Source of the DNA: Chara braunii
Lineage: Eukaryota > Plantae > Charophyceae
DNA: 64,000 bases
Assembly (NCBI GenBank): GCA_003427395.1
Contig: BFEA01000008.1
Span: 266,969 to 330,968 of the forward strand
Reading direction: 5' to 3'
Below are positions 25,595-36,013 of this stretch, piece after piece; position 1 is the stretch's first letter, and each line of letters begins with the position of its first letter. The position numbers and the translations under genes are program-made. The notes under the pieces were generated by a model. The model saw only the letters and a list, made by a program, of their open reading frames with translations, had not been told where the DNA came from and did no database searches.

Positions 25595-25905
25595 GTGCCC
25601 TTCGGGATATCCATTAAAATTGGAACCATACAAAGGTCTTTTTTTTTTTCTTTTTTTTTTTATCACCTGGGTGGATGCTAGAGGTGCTGATAAGAGCAGG
25701 CATCCCTAGCATTCTCGGGAGGCCCCATCTATTGGTGGGGAGCAGCACCTGCTGGAATCCAGGTCAAGCGTCCCTGGAAATAATTCTTGGTATACAGAGG
25801 ATATAGTAGCTCTCCTGCGTATACAAAGAAGATTAGCATGGACCCTGCGCAAAGATGACACACATACATCAAGAAACTGTCCCAAAAAAAGAAAAAAGAA
25901 AAAAA
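25595..25905 (+). pseudogene. U6: U6 snRNA retropseudogene split by an insertion
   Basis: 5' part GTGCCCTTCGGGATATCCATTAAAATTGGAACCATACAAAG (25595-25635). 3' part AAGATTAGCATGGACCCTGCGCAAAGATGACAC... (25829-25884). A-rich tail, with TSD AGGATATGGTT(gc/cg)AT at 25580 and 25911. Confidence 0.92.
25636..25820 (-). mobile_element. LINE/SINE 3'-tail insertion inside U6
   Basis: Poly(T) at 25637-25661, the shared tail core at ~25726-25774, and an 8-bp TSD ATACAAAG (25628-25635 / 25821-25828). Confidence 0.85.
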
Positions 25906-26010
25906 GGAGGAGGATATGGTTCGATGCTTAGAGTACGTCTGATTGCATCTCTGTGTTTTTTTTTTGTTTTTTTTTTGCTGTCTTCTGATTGCATCTCTGA
26001 ACCTCTGCTG

Positions 26011-26177
26011 GGGGGTGGTCCCACTAGCAAAGAGGATCGGATAGAAATCCTGAATCTGGCCATGTTGTATGCAGAGATACAGAAAAGCAATTCTATCTTG
26101 ATTTCCTGCTCCTGTCCTCGAACACGTCCAGACTCAGGCATTCAATCCCATGCTCTCTTGCTAATGGGACCACCACC
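26011..26177. mobile_element. Fold-back Harbinger-type MITE (14469 family)
   Basis: GGTGGTCCCACTAGCAA...TTGCTAATGGGACCACC with CTG flanks. Confidence 0.7.
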
Positions 26178-27697
26178 CTGATGTACCCCACTGGTGAACA
26201 CGCAGAGGGAACTGGCAGTAGGGTTCGATAATTATTCTGTGTGATGACTTGGCGGCGGAAAGGAAAGGATGTGGACTGACATCCCCCTGAATAGAAGGGG
26301 CCCTCTGGCTTTTTTTTTTTTTTTTTTTGCCCGAAAGGTTCTTCTCTCAGACAGGGGACAGACCTCCACGAGGGGGCCAGAACGAACAGTACACACCCTG
26401 ATCAGAGAATGTACACAAGCTAGCGGTTCCGTCTGACATAGTCATGCACAGCGTGGGGGGTGGGGTGCAGTCGTGGGCAGAAAGTAGGCTGGCCCCCAGT
26501 CCTTATTTTCAGCAAATCGAAGACTAGATTGTGCTTCCAATCCCAACTTATGGCCTATGCACAGCTACCATCTTCAGGCAGGGAAAGGTCCTTTATCTTC
26601 AGTTGGGGAAAGGTCCTCTATCTTCAGTCAGGGAAAGGTTTACTCCTCCCGTTGGTAAGTCCTCTGCCAACGAGGCTAATGCAAAAACGTTTCCTCGATG
26701 ACTTATCTCTCTGACTGATAAAGCAGCCAGCTCTCTTTTTTTCTTTTTCTTTTTTAATATTTTTTATTATGAAGGGCGACGGCCTTGCGATATCATCGGG
26801 CCTCACTCTATCTCCAAAACAGCGATTTGGAGAGAAGTGGCATCGCCACACCAACTCCCGAAAATCGCAGTCAAAAAGAAATTGGCGAGCGGTCAGAATG
26901 CGGTTCTCGGGAGTGCTCTCGAACTTTGTGGATCGCCCCGCCTGCAAAGCACCGGATTTGAGGAGTGGTCCGAGGCTCCTCCGATTTCGGCCCCAAACTG
27001 GAGATCGCGCCTCGGCCGGCAACCATCTTTTGCCACCGTTTTGTCTGGGTTCGCCACACCACTCTCGAAATGTGAAAAAAGACAAAAATGTGGCGGGTGC
27101 ATTTGGCCATGTTCTAGCGGGAAGTTCATTCTCATTTTGCACATTTCGAGAGTGGTGTGGCGAGGCCCGTTGTCTGCGCTCTCCAAAAAATGTTGGGCCT
27201 CGTCTGACGAATTGGAAACTGCCGCTTGGAGAGCGCAGTGTGGCGACGAGCCGTCTCGAAAGGTTTTTTCACATCTCCCGCATTCGGGAGTGCTCCCGAA
27301 CTTTTTTGCGTTTTCGGGATAGGTGTGGCGAGGCCCATCATCATCGAAATTGCCAGCCCTAGGTATGGTGTCCTCTTTATATTAAAAAAAAAAAAAAAAA
27401 AGAACTGTAGTTTTTTTTTTTTTTTTTTTGTTGAAGAAGTATGAATCTTTAATTTCAAATATGAAACGATGAGGCCGGGAATACCTCACAAACAACCCGG
27501 ACATTGGCTGGGGCCAGTACCCAGAGCAGGCNNNNNNNNNNNNNNNNNNNNNNNNNNNNNNNNNNNNNNNNNNNNNNNNNNNNNNNNNNNNNNNNNNNNN
27601 NNNNNNNNNNNNNNNNNNNNNNNNNNNNNNNNNNNNNNNNNNNNNNNNNNNNNNNNNNNTTCGAACTCAGTCAGGTCTGTATTTACTGACTGAGCTA

Positions 27698-27803
27698 CCT
27701 TCTTCCCCCGAATACAACGTACGGTCATTATGGCTGTATCTAGACTGAAAGATCCCTCAAATACACAGCTATAAAGACCGTAGGTTGTATTGGGGGGAAG
27801 AAG
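27698..27803. mobile_element. ~105-bp pogo/Tc2-type MITE
   Basis: TA-flanked fold-back, near reverse-complement of 61124-61228. Confidence 0.7.
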
Positions 27804-27889
27804 TAGGCCAGTTGGTAAGCAGCCAGCTTTCATCGATCGAGAATGTCCTTGCGTGGGCGACTCAGATATGCAACAGGTAATTCCGACCC

Positions 27890-28055
27890 GGGCGAGGTCC
27901 CACTACCAAAGAGGATTGGATTGAATGCCTGAATCTGGCTGCGTTTGTGGACAAGTGCAGAAAATCGAGATTTAACTCCTTTTCTGCATCTCTGCCTTAA
28001 ACACGCCCAGATTCAGGATCTTGATCCAATCCCCGTTGCTAGTGGGACCATGCTC
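27890..28055. mobile_element. Fold-back Harbinger-type MITE (14469 family)
   Basis: GGTCCCACTA...TAGTGGGACC inverted termini; the interior matches 28420-28585. Confidence 0.7.
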
Positions 28056-28419
28056 CCGGAGAAGAACCCTTCGTTTTCCAAAATTGGTCCTCCTCTGTTT
28101 CTTTTTCTCTGTTTTTCGGCGAGGGCGACGGCCTTGAGACCTTGAGATGTCATTGAAGGACTGACCGGCCCCAGGTAATTCCTGAGTAAAGATGGAAGGC
28201 CGGCGTCTCCCTGATAATGGAGAACAGATCATACGGCTGAATGGTACACAGATTGAGGAAGAGACGAGGAGTTCGAATCCTGACACAATCTGTGGCAGAC
28301 CTCCTATGAATTCGTTCTAAACTTAGTCCGTGAAGATGGAAGGCGAGCATCCCCATGTTGATGGACAGACCATGTGTGGCTGAATGGTATGGACATGTAG
28401 CTGTTAATGAACAGATCAG

Positions 28420-28585
28420 GGGTGAGGTCGCATTAGCAAAGAGGATTGGATTGAACGCCTGAATCTGGTCGTGTTAGGGGAGAAGTGCAGAAAATTGAGG
28501 TTGAACTGCTTTTCTGCATCTCTGCTGAAAACATGCCCAGATTCAGGAGCTTAATCCAATCCCCTTTGCAAGTGGGACCTCGCCC
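28420..28585. mobile_element. Fold-back Harbinger-type MITE (14469 family)
   Basis: GGGTGAGGTC...GACCTCGCCC with TSD CAG/CAG. Confidence 0.75.
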
Positions 28586-29366
28586 CAGGACCTTCATCGA
28601 ATCCTGCCACAAAATCTAATCGAATACCATGCATACCAAAATCCCGGCAAGCGGATTCTCAAACCGGGAACACCCAGCATGGCCCATACACACACAAACT
28701 GTGAAACAACACTCAGCATGACACGTGCACGAAGCACTCGGAAATAATATGATCACGGAGTCGCCCTTTCATTCAATCAATTTCATTTCACACCTGAGAA
28801 AAAAAATCAGTGTCAACTTACTATCAAGGTCAATGGTGGAGCCTTTCGAAAAAAAAAAAAAGAAAAAAAGAGGCCTGAGGAACGATTTTGTTTATTCTCA
28901 CTTAAAAAAAAAAAAAAAAACCTAAGCTGTTTTTCCCCTCGCCCGGGCACCCCACTTGTGCCCGGATACACGCCCGGGCATGCCCCAGTGTGTAGAATTG
29001 CAATACGAACAACTTTTGGCTGGGGGTCACATCAGAATTCAGGAATCCTAGTTTGGTGGAGGAAGGAGAGCGTGATATGTGGGGGCCATCGACGGGTGGG
29101 ATCCGGACGCTGCACCGTACCTGACGAGACCGATTGGGGGTTCTGCCCCTGGATCTTTGATATGGAGGTTTTTGCGGGGGTCTCCTGCCCTAACACTGTT
29201 GTCAGGGTCAGCCCGCGAAGGTGACGAAGACAGGAGCTACGGGAGATTGCTGGACTTCTCATGTTTGCTGCACAGCCGAGGTACGTGGGGATTTCGTTTA
29301 CGATCTCCAGTAGGAGCGCACATCAACTTCCTGGATTGGGTGTGCTCACCTGTCTTGGCCTGTGTT

Positions 29367-29424
<58 letters not shown>

Positions 29425-29609
29425 TTGTACATAGTGGACTGTTTGTGTTGGATTGTTGTTGTTGGTTTGGTGTTAGTTATCTGAGTTCTTTTTCGCCGTT
29501 TGGGTAACAGTTGTCGTAATTAGTTGTGACTCTAGTGTAGCATTTTGCATGCGATGGAATGAAATAGAGAGTGACGGTCTGTAGAAACGCCACTATGGTG
29601 GGCAGTGGG

Positions 29610-30105
29610 GTTTCCTAAATCGCTAGGAGGCGGGTGGGTTTCCGAGGTCTTTGACCCCTGCCGCGTGGGAGGTAGGATATTACCGCTGAGACATTGAATT
29701 TGGGTCAGATATTCAGTACATCTTAATAGGCTTCTGTTTGTTGTCATCTGAATTCTTAAGGAGAACTGGTGAGCATTGCTCCACAGCGGCTTCGTCATGG
29801 AGGGAGGCAAATCACCCTTAGGGAGTGTATGTAGATTGAGGGAGAGGCTTTGCCCTAAATCACGAGGAGGTGGGTGTGTTTTGCGAGGCTTTTTGGCCCC
29901 TGCCGCGCGGGAGGTAGGGTAATCCCCTGGTTAGTGAAAACAGCATTGTGGTGGGAATTGGTGTTTTTGTAAAGAGGAGTGTGGGGAGGTGCTATCCGTT
30001 TTAAATCGCGAGGAGGTGGGTGGGTTTGCGGGGTCTCTGTCAGTAGTTTGGGGCCTGTGGGCACAGACCCCTGCCGCGCGGGTGGTAGCGCGGATTGGCA
30101 GGGGT
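29610..30105 (+). repeat. Three spaced copies of a bipartite hairpin motif
   Basis: TAAATCRCKAGGAGGYGGGTG plus CCCCTGCCGCGYGGGWGGTAG at ~29615/29655, ~29855/29897 and ~30002/30068. Confidence 0.7.
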
Positions 30106-31721
30106 TGGTAATAACTTCGGATGAATGGTGGACATGATCACGCAGCGCTGACCGCTCGTTTCGTTTTTGTGGTTTTGATTCGTTTTTCTTCGGTAGTTCC
30201 TTTTGCACATGATTTCTTAATGGTCAGTGGAATTTTGGGTCACTAAATTAGGGTTCACATGACTATTGTGATTATAATTTTCTGCGAACGTCTTTTCTTA
30301 GTACGTTTTCACGTTTTTGCGTTCGGTGCCCAGCTCTTGAGCATGGAGAAGACTGAGAGATTATAGGATGCAGATTCTATGCTTGTGTTCCCACTCACGG
30401 TTACTCTTAGGCCTTTGTTCCATAATGGCAATTCGACAGTAAGCCCGTGACTGAGCGTTAATGGCCTTTTCCTTGAATTGGACTCGAACGGAAATGGAAA
30501 AAAGTGATGACAACGTTTCTTTGTTATATGGTACAGTATGACGGTAACGAGAGATTACACAACCGATAGGATTCCGCTTGGGCATGCTCACGACAAGACT
30601 CAGATAATGAGAGCTCGATAACAGAGAGGATTCCATGTTGGCATACACTCTCGGTAGGTAGGAATTTCCTGCAGGTATCTGACCACAATTATGTCCACAT
30701 TCGGTAGATAATCTAAGCACAGAATTGGTGGAATTTCGAGGGATTGCACTTGAAGATCCAAGGGTGCGTGGTGGGAAACCCGTCAAGGTGGTTCTGGCTT
30801 GCTTTGGACTGCAGACGGTTTTTGAGTTGCCCGCCCTATACTGTGCAGTTGAATTTGTTTTAGGGCTTTGAGAACCCCCCAAGTACCGGGAGTGTTTATT
30901 GGACCGAGTTAGCGCCAGGGCGGTACAGCGGGTGATCTGGTGGTCTTCAGGGAAGGAGGCGCAGTGTGGGGTAATCAAGGTCTGATTGAGGGTGACGAGA
31001 TACGTACCTGGTGCATGAAGAGAGGTAGGCTATGGAGTTGACAGTCATGTACATTGGTCTTCGAGAGTTGAAGTGAGCCTGTTGCGTGAACCCAGGGCTG
31101 TAGGTAGGATAGTCGGGCAGAGTAGGTTGGGCGCTGGGCGCCAGACAGAGAGGAGTGACTTTGGATACTGTGTTGGTGTGGCCTACGGGCTTGAACATTG
31201 GCTCATTACTTCATTGCTCTATATGGATGTTTTCTCGGTGCATTTTGTACTCTCTGCTTGGATGCAACTACCTGGACATCTGTGTGATTTCGCAACATTG
31301 GTTTTCTGTATATCGTTCACAACTTCACACTCACATTCCTTGCATTTTCTTCTTTTTTTTTTTCAACACACAACACACTCACCCCTTCTATTCTGGGGGT
31401 TACCAGTTCGGGTACTTATGACCGACAAGCATAGAGAGTCAACCAAGAGAAAAACACATCAAGTGAGAAGGAGAAGGGAGGCCTACCTGCCCGGCCCGAG
31501 ACACCCTGGCAGGGGACTGTGACTAACTACCACACCGACGAGCATCAGGCTCGTGGCATCCCACCATCCCACCTTTGGCCTTTCTCCCGCCTTCCGCCAT
31601 CCACCATTGCTACTTCTCTCTCTCTCTCTCTCTCCCTCTCNNNNNNNNNNNNNNNNNNNNNNNNNNNNNNNNNNNNNNNNNNNNNNNNNNNNNNNNNNNN
31701 NNNNNNNNNNNNNNNNNNNNN

Positions 31722-31752
<31 letters not shown>

Positions 31753-32014
31753 CACACACACACACACACAAACAAAAAAAGAACTTCCCCCGCTTTTTTT
31801 TTCGGAGGCCCTGCGCGGCCTCAAATTTTTGTTAATATTTTTTTGTGGTTTATGACGCGACATCCCACTCGGGTCTAAAACACTCCTTCCCAACTTTTTT
31901 TTTTTTTTCCTCGACCCCTTATTTTCGGGGTGCGCAGCACCCCGTGCGCTGTGCGCAGTGTGGCGCGTGTGCGCGGTGCAGCGCACATTGATGCGCACAC
32001 ACACACACGCAGAC

Positions 32015-32066
<52 letters not shown>

Positions 32067-32305
32067 AACAAAAAAACGAACTTCCCCCCCTTTTTTTTTC
32101 GGAGGCCCTGCGCGGCCTCAAATTTTTGTTAATATTTTTTTGTGGTTTATGACGCGACATCCCACTTGGGTCTAAAACACCCCTTCCAAACTTTTTTTTT
32201 TTCTTCTGGACCCCTTATTTTCGAGGTGCGCAGCACCCCGTGCGCGCGTGTCGTGAGCTGTGCGCAGTGCGGCGCGTGTGCGCGGCGCAGCGCACGTCGA
32301 TGCGC
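31722..32305. repeat. ~300-bp tandem duplication joined by CA microsatellites
   Basis: 31770-31995 is nearly identical to 32065-32305 and lies next to an assembly gap. Confidence 0.75.
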
Positions 32306-32476
32306 CGCAAGTATGCATGGGCCATAATTATTTTGGTGAACCTGGTTGGTCTAATGGCTCGACGAAGGTGAAAATACTTCTTTACCTCTCTTTGACGTTT
32401 TTAATTTCGCTCAATTAAACTTGGAAAAGAAAAGAAAAAAAAGGAATACTCGTTGCGGGACTCAACCCAATAACTC

Positions 32477-32953
32477 TTTTTTTTTTTTTTTTTTTTCGAA
32501 AACATGCTCCAATCTATTTGTGAGGAGCAGCACTTGCTGGGAATCGGGCTCAGCATCCCATATGAAGACATGTACAAAACAATTTATGAACCAATTAAGG
32601 TACCGGGGCCATTTACCCGGTTTCAGCTTTGAGAGTATCCTCCAAGATCGTGAACAAGTTACTGGACTTCGGGATAGATGATGAGAAGACTAAGAATCCT
32701 TTTTTTTATGATCGCTAAACTCCTCCTGAAATCCACCGCAATTTTCTATCTCGAGTATCTAAGGGATTTCCAACAGATCATAACAAAGCTCACTAAAACT
32801 GACTTATTCTCTGACAAACTCATCCAGGCCTCACGCCCCCTATCTGGTAGGTTACAGAGCAACGCGACTTACTCCAGCTCCGGCCAGTGCCGTCCTGTGT
32901 CAGCAACCCCCAGCTGTCCCTTAGGATGTCCCTGCATAGCATCCCCAGATCTG
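32477..32953 (-). mobile_element. 5'-truncated Alu-like-motif retroposon, copy D
   Basis: Poly(T) at 32477-32496, LINE tail core at 32510-32560, one motif at 32827-32885, and AATAAC direct repeats at 32469 and 32954. Confidence 0.65.
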
Positions 32954-33570
32954 AATAACCTTTGGACTAACTCTGCATAACCTCCGCAGGGCTGTCAGTT
33001 CGATGATGATAACCCGAAGCCCTCGCCCTTTCAAAAAGAAAAAGAAAGAAGAAGAAAATAAAAGAAAGCGTTCTCGGTGTGGTAATTGCATTGGGCAGAG
33101 CTCAGGCTCGTGAGTCAGTCCACGAGCAAGAACGTGTTCAAAAAGTCACCCCCGAAAAATTGAAAAACTTCCCAAAATAGAAGGGGAAGGTAACGCCTGC
33201 TTAGCATGAAAACTGTTTTTTTTTTTTTTTTTTTTTTTTTTTTNGGGGGGGGGGGGGGGGGGGGGGGATACGAGCACCCACTCCTAGTAGACTAGCCGGT
33301 ACTCCAATCTATTGATGGGGAGCACGTACCCAGGGCTTACAGCATGAACACACCGCAACAGTCACCTTCCAAATTGTTGGTCAAGCTCTGGGATGGACAG
33401 AGCTGGTGCAAATTGGAATTTTGTTGGAAATTTGGCAGCGAGTTTGGCTGAAGAGGCAGTGGGGATGAGTTCAAACCAAGGTTTAACCTGCAACAATGAG
33501 TATGCCACCTCCGGTTCGTCCAAGTTAGTTAATGGCGCAGCTAATGCATTGAATTACCAATTGAACATAA

Positions 33571-33638
33571 CAAGGTAGCGCAGTCTGGTAGTGCATTTGT
33601 TCTGGATACAGAGGGTGATTAGGTTCTTGTCACATTGA
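33571..33638 (+). pseudogene. trnP: NUMT: decayed mitochondrial tRNA-Pro(UGG)
   Basis: TAGCGCAGTCTGGTAGTGCATTTGTTCTGGATACAGAGGG...TGTCACATTGA follows plant mitochondrial, not plastid, trnP. The T-loop is partly deleted. Confidence 0.8.
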
Positions 33639-33660
33639 ATCAAAATCAGAGTAAATTGAC

Positions 33661-33704
33661 ATGAAATCGTCCGACTTTACAAGCCACAATTAACTTCTAC
33701 TTTC
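33661..33704 (+). pseudogene. sdh3: NUMT: 5' fragment of mitochondrial sdh3
   Basis: ATG AA..AAT CGT CCG, then TAC AAG CCA CAA TTA ACT TCT ACT TTC (NRP...YKPQLTSTF), directly downstream of trnP. Confidence 0.75.
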
Positions 33705-33815
33705 CTAGGCTACCATAGTGGCCCGGGACCACTTGTCTGCCCGGGCCAAAATATTTAAAAAATAAATCAATTAAAAAATTAATAACTTTTTTACTTTTTT
33801 TGTTTGTTTCGGTAT

Positions 33816-33971
33816 TTTTTTTTTTTGGGGGGGAGGGGGGCGGGAGGAAGAATTGTGTCGTTGAATTATAAATGGAAGGAGAAGTCGGGAATCCTCAACG
33901 AACAACCTGGAAAGTATTTGGGGCCATTACCCAGCTTAGGCTTGTGCTGGAAACCAGGTCCAGTGTCCCAT
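33816..33971 (-). mobile_element. LINE/SINE 3' tail, type 2
   Basis: T-run followed by the reverse complement of the tail seen at 1155-1277, 4337-4444 and 27432-27531. Confidence 0.6.
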
Positions 33972-36013
33972 ACCTTCCTTAAAATGACAATGTTTCCAAA
34001 GTAAACTGGAAGCCCAAAAATTCAATCTACCAAATTGATCCTTATCCAACAGGGGTAGCCTCCGACTAGAAGCCCCAGATTCCCAATCCCAACTCAAATT
34101 TGAACCAACCTAGATTAAGACTAGTCGGAAACTACCTTGCCCACCTAGTCATTTGAAGTGGACCCTAGCTGAAGAATTACAGAAGCCTGCCTAATTGGGC
34201 AGAGCAGAAACAACTTGTGAAGAGTAGCGTATCTGTTGCTCCTAGTCATGGAGTAGCTTGCCTCTAGATTGAGGGAGTAGCCAAGGACAAATCATCAATT
34301 TCCCATCCTGCAAGAAGGTTGCCAACTGGCCGTTTGCGGCCCATGTACGTAAAAACCAGAGGAGGCGATGAGCTATGAGCTATATGCGAATGCTTGAAGA
34401 AATTAACGAGTCATAAATTGAACCTCAATTGTGACTAAATCATGGTAAATTCTTAGATATTGCCGAATTAGTGGAACAGAGCATGTTAATATTGACGACG
34501 GCGGATGAACGCAGCCAACAGAACGGCCACATGAGAGAGTTGGAGAGAGGAAGGTGGATAAATGTGCCCACATAGTATATGAGTGGTGAAGATATGAGCA
34601 GGGCTTCCAGGATGGCACAGAATCGAGCCTAGGACACTCCCCATGCCACTAAGGCATGAGTGACCCTATGTCACTGTTTCCTGCTTGTGAAGACCAAACC
34701 ATTCTGCGGTAAACTTCAATATGTCTTGGTACGCGGCTGTGGTTGGGACAGTGTTTTACGCCCTCCGCACCAGAAAAAATGTTCCCACCGCCGCTAGTGA
34801 GTCTTCCACTCTCAATGATGGCACCGCCGTCCATAGGGCTTCAGGTCTTCACATGCCCAGTCAAGGTCTCTTCCCTATTATGTGAGTGGTGAAAATATGA
34901 GCAGGGTCTCCAGGATGGGTCAATCGTACAACACTTCCTATGCCACTCAAGGCATGGGTGACCCTGTGTCACTGTTTCCTGCTCTTGACGAGCAACCACT
35001 TTTTAAAACTAAAAAAAATCAATGTATCCCTGTGAGCAGACTGCCAAGCCCTTCCTGATATTGACTAGATCCACTGCGTGGTTGACTGTCTGCAAACACT
35101 ACTCTCCCTTCGAATACGTCGAGTCTCGTGTCTAGGAACGACCTTGTATGTGACCATTCACAACGGCCGATGAAGGTCAAGATGAATGAAAACGGAGCAC
35201 AAGTTGCAAACAGGACAAGAGGTAAATGCACAAACGACATAAGGAAATCGATCTGGCTCGTAATTACAACCGAATCCATCAGCGGTATACATTTCCAACT
35301 TACGAGTAGAATCAGCCTTCCAAATTAATGAATCTAGCCTAAAACTGTGGCTAATGCATACAAATTGTGCCGAAAGACTCACATAATTAATGAATTTAGC
35401 ATTGTACGGCAGAAGGCTTCAAAAAGGGGCAAATCTGCCAAAAGGGGGGAAATCTAGACAAAGGGCGTGGCTAGATATATGTACTTCGTTAGTTACCGTC
35501 TCGGTAAGACAGACTTTGACTACACCTGGTGCCGCCTTGTCTGCTGAAGTAGTTGAGCCGCTGTTTGCTCTGGAATCTTGCCATCCCATCTCCACACCAG
35601 TGCAATTGGTAATTAGGCATCTTCACCCATTGAACTCAAAGTCTGCTCAATACAGAACACCATACAAAATGACAAGATCAAGACAACATCGAGAGAAGAT
35701 CTAGATAAGGAACGACTAGGACTTCTAGGACTGCTGGTCTGAAAGCCAGATTTATCTATATCTCACGTGCAATAAGAAGGATCCGCCATCCTTCTCCTGA
35801 AGACACCTTTGATGCTTTACTTCCACGTGAAGAAGCTCATTTGAGCCGGGACTACGCGTGTGCCCCGTATCATCGATCTCGCTCCCACTGCTGCCAGTGG
35901 TACTCCCACTCCTGCTGGCAGCGCCGTTATCGACAGCGCCTTCGACGCATGACGTTAGTCTGCAACCTCCATGCAATAACTCACAGTTCCAGACCCGATA
36001 TCTCCACGGGCAG

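Noticed and set aside
33340-33490. Possible minus-strand host exon (TTGCAG acceptor)
   Set aside because: No recognisable protein and no supporting neighbouring exons.
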